Source of the DNA: a virus
Lineage: Duplodnaviria > Heunggongvirae > Uroviricota > Caudoviricetes
Reading direction: 5' to 3' (one strand)
Length of the DNA stretch: 38,611 nt
IMG/VR virus record: IMGVR_UViG_3300023184_005353
In this document: piece after piece, positions 18,104-27,195 of the stretch
How the letters are laid out: each line of letters begins with the position of its first letter
How positions within the stretch are numbered: the stretch's first letter is position 1
Translations under genes and position numbers: made by a program
Notes under the pieces: model-generated
What the model was told of the DNA's origin: nothing
The model's database searches: none
The model's input: the letters and a program-made list of their open reading frames with translations, nothing else

Positions 18104-18616
18104 TTAGTCCCACCACGTTTTCATATTAGAACCATCAAACCAATCATCCCAATCTTGATTATAAGGGTTGTATTTAGTATTTTCTTGTCCTTTAAATATA
18201 TCCCATAGTTCATTCCATTCTTGTTCCTCAATTTCATTGGCTCTTGCATATACTTTTGAATTATGTTCTTTTTCTTCCGGAGTATTTCTTTCAACCAATT
18301 CATATGAACCAGGGTGTGATTCTGATGGTTTAAATTCAAATGGTTCAATAAATAATTCACCAAGTTCTTTTTCCGCCATCATAATATGTTGCACACCTTG
18401 AAGATTATTCATAATCTCAATCGCCCTTCTCATCTTCGCAACTTTTTTAAGACGAGGAACATCCACTTCAATACCTTTAGTTTCAAGATTATCAGACATT
18501 ATTACAAGAGAAGTTTTCATCATTTCTAATGTAAAATGATAATCCCACCATCTGAAATTCCAAAGTGTTTTGCGAAACGCCCATATATTCTTAATAAATC
18601 TAAAAAACTTTCTCAT
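18104..18616 (-). CDS. Hypothetical phage protein
   Basis: 170-aa ORF; Trp-rich ends (WNFRWWDY, KTWWD). Confidence 0.75.
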   Translation of the reverse strand: MRKFFRFIKNIWAFRKTLWNFRWWDYHFTLEMMKTSLVIMSDNLETKGIEVDVPRLKKVAKMRRAIEIMNNLQGVQHIMMAEKELGELFIEPFEFKPSESHPGSYELVERNTPEEKEHNSKVYARANEIEEQEWNELWDIFKGQENTKYNPYNQDWDDWFDGSNMKTWWD

Positions 18617-18619
18617 ATA

Positions 18620-19210
18620 TTAATGGTTTAATTTTAAGTATTCTTTTTCCCAATCTTTAATAGTGTCAATAATTGGGTTTAGTTTAGTTGTAGTATCAAT
18701 GGGTTTTATATTAATAATTTGTTGAACCTCAACGTGTGGGGTATCAATTATGGGTTTAATATATCTTGTTTCGTCATTAGATTGGAAATGTGTTGTATCA
18801 ATATTTTTAATTAAATTTTGATTATCAGATGGTTCATCGTTCCAATGTTTATATTTATCTGCAAAAAAATTAATAAACCGATTAATATAATTGGAATCTT
18901 CTCCTTCATTATATTTTTTATCTCCCACAGATGAATATTTAAACATTGCCCACCCTGTTATTAAAAATAATAAAATAATTAAAATAGGTTTTAAATTTGA
19001 CATTAAATTATCAAATCTTTTATGTTCAGATGGTTCCATATCTACTCTACGATTTATACTATACCATATAATTTTAAGTAAACTTAATTTTTTTGGTTTC
19101 TTATTCCAACCATTTGGTTTCTCATATTTAAATGTTTTTGGAACTTCAACTATAGGTTCTTCATTAATTATTTCGTGATAAATTTGTGCGGGTTTTTTTA
19201 ATTGTGTCAT
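18620..19210 (-). CDS. Single-TM hypothetical protein
   Basis: Central hydrophobic helix PILIILLFLITGWAMF. Confidence 0.7.
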   Translation of the reverse strand: MTQLKKPAQIYHEIINEEPIVEVPKTFKYEKPNGWNKKPKKLSLLKIIWYSINRRVDMEPSEHKRFDNLMSNLKPILIILLFLITGWAMFKYSSVGDKKYNEGEDSNYINRFINFFADKYKHWNDEPSDNQNLIKNIDTTHFQSNDETRYIKPIIDTPHVEVQQIINIKPIDTTTKLNPIIDTIKDWEKEYLKLNH

Positions 19211-19225
19211 TTAATATGTTTTAAG

Positions 19226-19256
19226 CAAATATAGTAAAAAAATAAGACCCGTCAAA
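19226..19256 (-). promoter_or_regulatory. Bacteroidota sigma-A promoter
   Basis: Minus strand: TTTG (19253-19256), 19 nt, TATATTTG (19226-19233). Confidence 0.7.
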
Positions 19257-19275
19257 ATAAATTTGCGGGTCTTTT
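19236..19275 (-). terminator. Intrinsic terminator
   Basis: AAGACCCG (19244-19251) / CGGGTCTT (19266-19273) stem; T run on the minus strand. Confidence 0.7.
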
Positions 19276-19345
19276 GGAATTGATATATGAGAACACTCTC
19301 GGAGTGATGTTAATAATAAATACGAATTTTTTGTTAAAAACTCAA

Positions 19346-20167
19346 CTATTTTAATAAAAAATAAAATTGATTAAAATATTTTATTCTCTCATCTAGCCCA
19401 TTTGTTCCGCCATTAACACATTTTGTTACATTTACAACAACATCTCTTGTCGCACCCTTATCACATTTTGTTAGACAATTTTTACCAAAAAACCACGCAG
19501 CTGACAATAAAGGATATTTTGTTGCTACTAAATCAGGGTTAGAAAGAAAATCTTCAGTTATTGAATTACCAAATAAAAGATAATTATATTTCCCGGTTAA
19601 CTGAATATATCCCCTTCCACGGAATTTATAACCCTCTTTTGTTGATTCATCACCATTACTCATTCTACTACTATAAACACGGGAACCAATTTTTTCAGGT
19701 TGCTTTGCGTATGATTCGGCTAAATTACCAGGAAAATATCTTGGAAAAACTTCCTTTAATCTTTCCGCAGAATAATTCAAATTCTCTTCAACAAGCTTAA
19801 AATTACCCGATTCATGAGCACATTGAGATAAAAAATGAGCCATTCTTAATGGTGTGTTTATCTGAAAATCAGTAATAGTGTCAGGAATTTGAGAAATTAC
19901 ATCATCCGGAACATATCCCTTTAATTTATCTAATTTTAATATATTTGAACTTGGAATAGGGGTAGGTGCCTCAACAATTACAGGAAACATCTTATTCCAA
20001 GTATTATCACCAACAATACCATCAGATGTTAGCCCGTGTTGAGTTTGCCATTTTTTAACAGAATGTTCAGTTATAGAACCAAAGATTCCATCCTTAGTTA
20101 AACCTAACTTTTCTTGTATTTTTTTTACATTTTCTCCTTCAGAACCTTTTTTTAATAACATTTTCAT
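19346..20167 (-). CDS. Endolysin: PG-binding domain plus GH19 chitinase-like muramidase
   Basis: LKKGSEGENVKKIQ...DGIFG...DGIVG; AHFLSQCAHESGNF...EENLNYS; FRGRGYIQLTGKYNY. Confidence 0.9.
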   Translation of the reverse strand: MKMLLKKGSEGENVKKIQEKLGLTKDGIFGSITEHSVKKWQTQHGLTSDGIVGDNTWNKMFPVIVEAPTPIPSSNILKLDKLKGYVPDDVISQIPDTITDFQINTPLRMAHFLSQCAHESGNFKLVEENLNYSAERLKEVFPRYFPGNLAESYAKQPEKIGSRVYSSRMSNGDESTKEGYKFRGRGYIQLTGKYNYLLFGNSITEDFLSNPDLVATKYPLLSAAWFFGKNCLTKCDKGATRDVVVNVTKCVNGGTNGLDERIKYFNQFYFLLK

Positions 20168-20191
20168 TATATTTGCGTTGTTTATTTAATT

Positions 20192-20203
20192 ATAAATATT
20201 TAT
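20192..20203. promoter_or_regulatory. Palindromic bidirectional TATTTAT element
   Basis: ATAAATATTTAT between the divergent endolysin and ppk2 genes. Confidence 0.55.
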
Positions 20204-20219
20204 ATTATAAACTTATTCA

Positions 20220-21323
20220 GTGAACAAGATACTTTTAAACGAATTAGACAGAATTAAAAATGTAATGGGGATTAACGAAGTAAAAGGCGAATCCTCAAAA
20301 CAAATGAATATTAATTTAAAAAAGATAGTCAACGCATTAATGTTTTTAAAGTTATATTCCAAATCAATTGAAAAAATGTTGATGGATATTTCAGTTATTG
20401 CTAAAAATCAAATCATTGACTTTGATTTAATGGAAAGAGGATTAAGAAAAAGTCTTTTACAGAAGGGGGATAAGAAAAAAAATGTCCAAACCTATCTTGG
20501 TAATATTTTAACCTCTCTAAAATATAGAGAACGAGACGGATATGGTGTTGAACCTGAAAGTGAGGATTATGAATTTGAACCAGAAGAACCATCTCTTATC
20601 CCAAAGAAGGTATTTAAAAAAGAATTGTATTATTTACAGATTGAATTGTTAAAATTACAAGAATGGCTAACTAAAACCGGCAAGACTGTCATAATTGTCT
20701 TTGAAGGACGGGATTCTGCAGGAAAAGGCTCAACAATTAAGAAATTTATTGAGAATTTAAACCCAAGATTCTATAATGTCGTAGCATTAGGTGTTCCAAC
20801 ACCTGAAGACAGGAAGAATTGGTGGGAAAGGTATAGAAAACAGATAAGAAAGGGTGTTATTAACCTTTTTGATAGAAGTTGGTATAATAGAGGTCTAGTT
20901 GAGCCTGTTATGGGGTATGGTTCACCCGAAGAATATGAAGATTTTATGGAAAATGTGGAAGATTTTGAGTCTGATTTAGTAAAAGAGGGCGATTTTCTGT
21001 TTAAATTGTGGTTTTCAATAGAAAAAGACACTCAGGCAAGAAGATTTGACATTAGAAAGCAATCTCCATTGAAATATTGGAAATATTCACCAAATGATGC
21101 ACAAATGCAAGATTTATGGGATAGATTTACTGAATTTAAAGAAAAATTGTTTGATAAAACCTCATCATTGAACCATCCTTGGGTTATTATTGACGCAAAA
21201 GACAAAAGAATCTCAGGACTTAACGCAATTAGGTATGTTTTGAAGAATATTCCTTATGAAAATAGAAATGAAGAGGTTTTAAGTGCAGAATATCCCGAAG
21301 TTCTTACTGTCCTAAGACCCTAA
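20220..21323 (+). CDS. ppk2: Polyphosphate kinase 2 with N-terminal phage-specific extension
   Basis: IIVFEGRDSAGKGSTIK Walker A, LFDRSWYNR and KLWFSI; about 125 extra N-terminal residues starting NELDRIKNVMGINE. Confidence 0.92.
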   Translation: MNKILLNELDRIKNVMGINEVKGESSKQMNINLKKIVNALMFLKLYSKSIEKMLMDISVIAKNQIIDFDLMERGLRKSLLQKGDKKKNVQTYLGNILTSLKYRERDGYGVEPESEDYEFEPEEPSLIPKKVFKKELYYLQIELLKLQEWLTKTGKTVIIVFEGRDSAGKGSTIKKFIENLNPRFYNVVALGVPTPEDRKNWWERYRKQIRKGVINLFDRSWYNRGLVEPVMGYGSPEEYEDFMENVEDFESDLVKEGDFLFKLWFSIEKDTQARRFDIRKQSPLKYWKYSPNDAQMQDLWDRFTEFKEKLFDKTSSLNHPWVIIDAKDKRISGLNAIRYVLKNIPYENRNEEVLSAEYPEVLTVLRP

Positions 21324-21514
21324 TCTTTTTTTATATTAAAACCCCCATTTGATTGGGTTATCCATATATCTAGCACTAAAAACACCAAATAACCTTCAAT
21401 TTCAGACAATGAATGTTGTTCTGGGGCGTATAATTTTAATATAGCCCAAAATAAGACTCTAATACCCAAATAAATTTTCGCGAATAGAACTAAAAAAGTA
21501 AAAAATGATTTCAT
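21320..21514 (-). CDS. Small two-TM protein
   Basis: Two hydrophobic stretches in 64 aa. Confidence 0.6.
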   Translation of the reverse strand: MKSFFTFLVLFAKIYLGIRVLFWAILKLYAPEQHSLSEIEGYLVFLVLDIWITQSNGGFNIKKD

Positions 21515-21554
21515 ATTGTGAAATATAAAAGTATTTATTGATAAAATACACTAT

Positions 21555-21944
21555 ATGGATAATTTAAACTTTATAATTAAAGATATTTTAAATGAACATT
21601 ACATTTCACAACAAAATACAATATATGAAGATGAATTTGGAACAACTGAAATGACAGATTTAGTTTCTGATGAATTTTTAAATGAGGCTGAGTATAAAGG
21701 AAGAAAAGTTCAGTTGGGTAAGATTATGCAGGGGGATATAAAAAAATTCAAAGTCTATGTTAAGAATGACAAAGGAAATATTGTTAAAGTAAATTTTGGT
21801 TTTGGTGGTAAATCAGCTCACGGAAAAAGAATGGTAATTAAAAAAAATAACCCCGCAAGACGTAAATCTTTTAGGGCTAGAATGAATTGTGATACTCCAG
21901 GTCCTCGTTGGAAGGCAAGATATTGGGCTTGTAGAACCTGGTAA
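21555..21944 (+). CDS. Acidic leader plus basic C-terminal domain (RRKSFRAR..C...RYWAC.W type seen in large phages)
   Basis: Acidic N-half ends FLNE; basic domain KKFKVYVK...ARRKSFRARMNC...KARYWACRTW. Confidence 0.7.
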   Translation: MDNLNFIIKDILNEHYISQQNTIYEDEFGTTEMTDLVSDEFLNEAEYKGRKVQLGKIMQGDIKKFKVYVKNDKGNIVKVNFGFGGKSAHGKRMVIKKNNPARRKSFRARMNCDTPGPRWKARYWACRTW

Positions 21945-21946
21945 AA

Positions 21947-22882
21947 TTAATTATGTGCTCTAAGTGTAGGTGTTGCAATTTCAATATCAATATCATCGGA
22001 ATCAAATCTTGGAACATAAAGTTCCTCGCGCAACCGGATTCCAGGTGCTTCATAATGGTTTAAATTGTAATTATGAAAATCACATTCATATTTTACTATT
22101 TCATACTCCTCTTGAGTACAAAAATCTTTATTTCTTTTTTCGGTTTTAATAAGAGTTTTTATGAATGGAAGCAAATAATCATCCACCTCAATTTCTAAGA
22201 AATCAACGCGATTATCTGATGAATCCCAAAAAGAAATTTCAGGAATACCAATTAAATCTCTATAAAGAGCGAACTTATATCCTGTTATTTTATTTATAAA
22301 ATAAAATAATGCACCATTAGTCATATATTTCGCAAAATATGATTTTTCTTTTCTATGAGTTGTGCACCATTTGGTTGACGCACCATATTTGGCGGATGAT
22401 GCAAAGGTTAGAGGACGTAAAACTAACCAAGTGTTATCTTCAAATTCTCTATGAATTTTAGTTTCAGACTCATTCATAGTATCTTTTAATCCTGCCAAAG
22501 AAACTGCATTACGAATATCATCAATACTTTTATATGTTAAAATATCTTTATTTTCAATAAGATTTCTTTCCATAAAATCCATAAAATCCGATAATAAGTC
22601 AAAATTGTTTGCCCCAAAATAATCATTAAATGCGTATGCGATAATTATTTCTTTAATGTTAAGTCCTTTTGTTGATACTCCATTATCTTTTAATCTTTCA
22701 GACATATTCTCTAAATTATCTTCAGTCATTTCTTTCATCTGAACATCATATCTATCATCAAACACTTTGCAAATAATAGGTAAATATTTACCAGTCTTAC
22801 TTATATCTACCATTCTAAGGTAATCTAATATACTTAAATTAAAATGGGGGTATTGTTTCTTTAAATCATCTATTCTTGACAT
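21947..22882 (-). CDS. Hypothetical protein with PcfJ-like C-terminal motif
   Basis: WLVLRPLTFASSAKYGASTKWCTT...ALFYFINK; ATG 22882 chosen. Confidence 0.55.
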   Translation of the reverse strand: MSRIDDLKKQYPHFNLSILDYLRMVDISKTGKYLPIICKVFDDRYDVQMKEMTEDNLENMSERLKDNGVSTKGLNIKEIIIAYAFNDYFGANNFDLLSDFMDFMERNLIENKDILTYKSIDDIRNAVSLAGLKDTMNESETKIHREFEDNTWLVLRPLTFASSAKYGASTKWCTTHRKEKSYFAKYMTNGALFYFINKITGYKFALYRDLIGIPEISFWDSSDNRVDFLEIEVDDYLLPFIKTLIKTEKRNKDFCTQEEYEIVKYECDFHNYNLNHYEAPGIRLREELYVPRFDSDDIDIEIATPTLRAHN

Positions 22883-22965
22883 ACTTAATATTTTTAAAAA
22901 AATAATAAAAATAAAAATATCAATCAACTTTTCACACTTAATAATTTATTAGTATTTATTAAAAT

Positions 22966-23400
22966 ATGGAAAGACCAAAAGAACCAACAATAGATTTCCC
23001 AATTGAGAGGATTAATAAATTTCTTGATACTCATATTTTTGAAGTTCCCTTTATTGACGAATCGGGGAAAATAAAATTGCCCGTTAAAGTTAAATTAACC
23101 GGAATGAGGAACTTTATTTCAACAGGAGATTGGGTACCATATGTTACTTTTGACTATCATATTATTTCAGGTAATCAAGTTCAAAATTTTATGACATCTC
23201 TTTTTTTTAATGAATATAATAATAAAGAGGGCGGTTTTAAAGTTAATGTTACAAATGGTGGACACAGGGGAACTCAACTCATAACATCAAATTTAAGCGA
23301 GATGTTAAGAAATTTTTTAAAATATTGGAATGTAGATTATAGAGTAAGTTGCGTTAATGTGTTTAATGATGTTCCGTACACTAATGTACCAAAAGACTAA
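22966..23400 (+). CDS. Hypothetical protein
   Basis: TATTTAT at 22953-22959. Confidence 0.7.
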   Translation: MERPKEPTIDFPIERINKFLDTHIFEVPFIDESGKIKLPVKVKLTGMRNFISTGDWVPYVTFDYHIISGNQVQNFMTSLFFNEYNNKEGGFKVNVTNGGHRGTQLITSNLSEMLRNFLKYWNVDYRVSCVNVFNDVPYTNVPKD

Positions 23401-24017
23401 GATAGTTTTCTCAAAATTTTGTTAATAACTTCATTCAAGGTAATTGCTGTGACAATTACAAGTCCTGACGCTAAAAGTCTTTGAGTGATTAATTCAGCAG
23501 AACTAACCAAATCAGGATTTTTCCCGATTATATTTTGAATATCTCCAATAATTGGAATAAGGAAACCATATGAAACAATTTCACTAACACTGGTGATACT
23601 GGTACCGAGAGATTCCATAAATTTACGGAATGAGTTTTTTAATTGTCCCCCCTTTACAAGAACTTCATCAAAAACATCCAATAATCCCTCTTCTTTTATT
23701 TTTTCAACAATCTTTTTTATTGCAGGTTTATTATCAAAAAATATTGTTGCCGCAACACCAGCCAAAATAAGAGCTGACTGAGATTCGTCTAACTCAAAAT
23801 TATGTGTTTTAATAAAATTGTCTAATGGTAATACAAATCCACCAACCGCTGGACCCCAAGTGGCCAATAATCTAAGATTTAATCCGTATTTTTTTTCAAC
23901 CTTACGCATCATCTTTGTAGAGAAAGAATTTAACTTTCTCATATTATCACTGAACTTGGCACTACTAACACCTTCAGTTATTATTTGCATTTGTTGCTCA
24001 GTTATGATGTAGTTCAT
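23397..24017 (-). CDS. Helical, partly hydrophobic protein with IITEQQ leader
   Basis: MNYIITEQQMQIITEG; hydrophobic segments ALILAGVAATIF and LLASGLVIVTAITL. Confidence 0.75.
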   Translation of the reverse strand: MNYIITEQQMQIITEGVSSAKFSDNMRKLNSFSTKMMRKVEKKYGLNLRLLATWGPAVGGFVLPLDNFIKTHNFELDESQSALILAGVAATIFFDNKPAIKKIVEKIKEEGLLDVFDEVLVKGGQLKNSFRKFMESLGTSITSVSEIVSYGFLIPIIGDIQNIIGKNPDLVSSAELITQRLLASGLVIVTAITLNEVINKILRKLS

Positions 24018-24057
24018 ATTTATATAAATATACTTAATATTTATTTAATATTTTATT

Positions 24058-24669
24058 ATGAAAAAAGAAATGAACCCAGAACTTAATCCCGGAGACAGAA
24101 TAGTTTTATATTATATGGAGGGAGAATCATCAGTCCCAATGGGAACTCAAGGAGAAGTAGCCAATATTGGCCCAGACCCTTTTGATAGAGATGTTAAACT
24201 TATTTATGTAAGGTGGGATAATGGTAGCACATTATCAATGTTATCAAATACAGATAAATGGAAACTTGCTAGTCCTAAAAAAATTGAAGAACAAGATAAT
24301 AGTGTCGGCGGAAAATCAGAATATGATTTTTTCGGTCAAAATGAAGAATTATTTGATTTGTTTGACTGGAGATTTTTAAGAACTTATTTGAAAGCTGTTC
24401 AAAAATCGGGTATTGTTAATATGTTTGGTGCATCACCATTATTATATTGTGGTAGTGAACACATTGAAAGATATTATGGTGAAGATAGAGAAGAAGATGA
24501 ATCACTTACAGATGTATTGGAAATGGCGGATGAGGCCAAAGATAAAATGGTTCAGGGAACAATAAAATGGATGGAAGCCAATAACAAAGAAGTAAGTATT
24601 GATAATGCCAATAGATATGTTCGTAAACTTGCTAGTAAAATGCTTTCATTATTTATGCATTTCTATTAA
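24058..24669 (+). CDS. DUF4314-like domain fused to a second domain with SG.VNMFG motif
   Basis: GDRIVL..M...VPMGTQGEV...VRWDNGSTLSML (DUF4314-like); AVQKSGIVNMFGA (DUF5049-like). Confidence 0.6.
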   Translation: MKKEMNPELNPGDRIVLYYMEGESSVPMGTQGEVANIGPDPFDRDVKLIYVRWDNGSTLSMLSNTDKWKLASPKKIEEQDNSVGGKSEYDFFGQNEELFDLFDWRFLRTYLKAVQKSGIVNMFGASPLLYCGSEHIERYYGEDREEDESLTDVLEMADEAKDKMVQGTIKWMEANNKEVSIDNANRYVRKLASKMLSLFMHFY

Positions 24670-24879
24670 ACCCGCATTAATTTTTAAGCTATTTTGATGA
24701 ACATCAGGAACATATTGTTCAAGAACATACTCAAAAGAAGTTTTTAACTTTTCAAAATTAATGACTGAATGTTCAAAACCTAATTTGTAACATTCAGTCA
24801 TCGCTTTAATAACACCTTCTCTATCTAAAATAAGATTATGATTGATGTTTTCTTTTAATATCTTATCAAAGTTTGGCAT
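24649..24879 (-). CDS. Hypothetical protein
   Basis: Part of a tightly packed minus-strand operon. Confidence 0.6.
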   Translation of the reverse strand: MPNFDKILKENINHNLILDREGVIKAMTECYKLGFEHSVINFEKLKTSFEYVLEQYVPDVHQNSLKINAGLIEMHK

Positions 24880-25106
24880 TACCTTTGGATAATCATATTA
24901 GTGTTGGCAATAGGAAATCTGGCAATAGGGAAATTAGATTCTAGACCTTCATCATTCGCTTCTTTTTGAATTACTTCATAGTAAGTTAAATCTTTCACTT
25001 TTACTGTCGGAATGTTGTCAAAAGTATAAGACATTAATGATTCTTCGGCGACTCCTTCATAAACTTTTACCGATTTTGTTGTTGTGTTGAACACGAGTGT
25101 TTGCAT
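24879..25106 (-). CDS. Hypothetical protein
   Basis: 1-nt stop/start overlap with the next gene. Confidence 0.7.
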   Translation of the reverse strand: MQTLVFNTTTKSVKVYEGVAEESLMSYTFDNIPTVKVKDLTYYEVIQKEANDEGLESNFPIARFPIANTNMIIQR

Positions 25107-25125
25107 TGTTTTTTGGTTTAATTTT

Positions 25126-25389
25126 TTAGTTAATGTTATTTGTTATTAAAAAAATGGCGTTCTGCTCACCAGCATATAACCCAAGTATATTAAAATCATA
25201 AAATTCTTCAGATTCTTCTTTAGTCATACCATCTCTTTCACAAAGAATAGTAATTATTTTTTCCTTTGAGTATAAGACTCTTCTACCTATTCCAAATTCT
25301 TCGGTTATTCCTATTATTGCGTCCTCAAGTCCGTCTAATAAGATTGCTCCTTCAGCAAGTTCGTCTATGTCGTAATTGTTAAATGTCAT
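25126..25389 (-). CDS. Hypothetical phage protein
   Basis: LLDGLEDAIIG...LYSKEKII...EFYDFNILG; ATG 25389. Confidence 0.7.
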   Translation of the reverse strand: MTFNNYDIDELAEGAILLDGLEDAIIGITEEFGIGRRVLYSKEKIITILCERDGMTKEESEEFYDFNILGLYAGEQNAIFLITNNIN

Positions 25390-25552
25390 AATAAAAAAAA
25401 ACAAGTGAATTCAAAATTAGTTCTAAAGCAAACTACCAATAAACTATCAGAAAAAAATGAATTCAACTTGTTTTCATAAAGATAAATTAATTAAAAGTAA
25501 GAATCAACATAATTTAATAAATTAGAGAGTATTTATTATAAAATAACAAATT

Positions 25553-26524
25553 ATGAGATTATATAGCATAGGACAAATATCAAATTCAGAAAAATCTAAT
25601 ATTTTAGATAAACATAGAGAAATGTATAACGGATACAGACAAGTTAATCAACCTGTTTCAAACGAACAACCACTTTATGTGCAAGACTTTGCAAATGATA
25701 AAAACGGAATTACTGTAAACAACAGAGGTGAAGTAAAAAAATACACAAATATGGGTATTAATGAACAATCTGATATGCCGCCAACAATAATGAGTGATAT
25801 GTCAGAATCTGACCAAGATGAAATGTGTTCTGAATGTGGTGGAATGATGGAAGAAGGAATGTGTTCCGAATGTGGAACAGGTATGTATGAATCAAATGAT
25901 GGTGATACCGATGAAGGAATTTATGATGTTGCGGAACCATTTAATAAATCAAAAAACAAATTTGATTATACAGATGAACAAGAAATGTATGAAACTCATA
26001 ATGATTACGAACCAATGACATCGGCATTTGATGATGAATTGGATGAACAAATTAATGCGGTTTCTCCGGGATATTCAAAAATTAAACCAGCATATGATTT
26101 TGATTCTTCAGGGCCTTTACAACCTAAAGGAGCTTATAATGAAGAAGAATTGGATGAGTTGGGAACAGATGAATTAGAAAGAGGAAAAAAATATAACTAT
26201 AAATCACCATCTTTTGATGATGAGATTGAATTTGATGATGAACACGAACATATGGGTGGAGAAAAAATGTATAATTTTAAAGGTAACAAAATGGGACACA
26301 CAATGGGTGGTAAACACATTGAAGATTTCGTTTCTCACCTTGACGATACAGATGAATTATCTGATGAAGGGGATATGGATACAGCATTTAGTAGAATGGG
26401 AAGAGGTAAATCAGATATTGAAGATACAGATTGGGAAGAAGTTGATGAAGATATTGTAGAATCATTTATCATACAAAAAAATAAGATAAATGAGATGATG
26501 AATAGAATGAATGGATATAATTAA
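25553..26524 (+). CDS. Highly acidic protein with ISNSEKSNIL..H leader and tandem CSECG motifs
   Basis: MCSECGGMMEEGMCSECG; D/E-rich; TATTTAT at 25530-25536. Confidence 0.8.
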   Translation: MRLYSIGQISNSEKSNILDKHREMYNGYRQVNQPVSNEQPLYVQDFANDKNGITVNNRGEVKKYTNMGINEQSDMPPTIMSDMSESDQDEMCSECGGMMEEGMCSECGTGMYESNDGDTDEGIYDVAEPFNKSKNKFDYTDEQEMYETHNDYEPMTSAFDDELDEQINAVSPGYSKIKPAYDFDSSGPLQPKGAYNEEELDELGTDELERGKKYNYKSPSFDDEIEFDDEHEHMGGEKMYNFKGNKMGHTMGGKHIEDFVSHLDDTDELSDEGDMDTAFSRMGRGKSDIEDTDWEEVDEDIVESFIIQKNKINEMMNRMNGYN

Positions 26525-26528
26525 AACT

Positions 26529-26552
26529 AACCCTCCTAAATGGAGGGTTTTT
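26529..26552 (+). terminator. Intrinsic terminator
   Basis: AACCCTCC-TAAAT-GGAGGGTT plus T run. Confidence 0.8.
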
Positions 26553-26628
26553 ATTTAAAATAAATTTTATATAAAAATGGTTTTTCATTTTTTTCTGGAT
26601 ATTTCTTAATATTAAACATTGCATTAAC

Positions 26629-26928
26629 ATGGAAATTAAAGAAATATTATCCTACTACTTGAACACAGATTCAAATATATTGGAAGTTAGTTTTAGAACA
26701 ATAGAAGACAATGATGATGTCTTAAGAAACGACCAAATAGATTATACATTGGTTACAGAATATGGGTATCTACTTGAAACAGATTCATTTGATTTTTTTG
26801 GTGCGGATTCTGATGAAGATGAAATTGATAAGGAAGAAGTTGAACTTGATGAAGATATGTTAATAACATTTTTAAATGAATATTATACTATAAACTCCAA
26901 CTCAATTCCAAAATCCGAAATTTATTAA
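26629..26928 (+). CDS. Acidic hypothetical protein
   Basis: 99-aa ORF. Confidence 0.75.
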   Translation: MEIKEILSYYLNTDSNILEVSFRTIEDNDDVLRNDQIDYTLVTEYGYLLETDSFDFFGADSDEDEIDKEEVELDEDMLITFLNEYYTINSNSIPKSEIY

Positions 26929-26948
26929 TAAATCAAATATTTATATGT

Positions 26949-27194
26949 ATGAATTTAGACGTAGACTCCCTAATTACATTTTTTAAAAAAAATACAAAAT
27001 CATCAAGTAAAACAGAATTTACTGAACAAGACGCTGCAGCACCCGCTGGGGGTTCTACAGGGGGTGGTGGAGCTGCAATGCCAAAGTGGGCTGATACTTA
27101 TACCTTAAAACGTGGTAAGGCAAATATGCTAGGTTTAAAGGGTGAAAAATGGGAAACTGGAATAACAAGAGGGGCTGCTAATAAAATTTGGTAA
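26949..27194 (+). CDS. Small Gly-rich protein with KWETGITRG.AN C-terminal motif
   Basis: TATTTAT at 26938-26944; EFTEQ followed by a Gly/Ala linker. Confidence 0.75.
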   Translation: MNLDVDSLITFFKKNTKSSSKTEFTEQDAAAPAGGSTGGGGAAMPKWADTYTLKRGKANMLGLKGEKWETGITRGAANKIW

Positions 27195-27195
27195 T

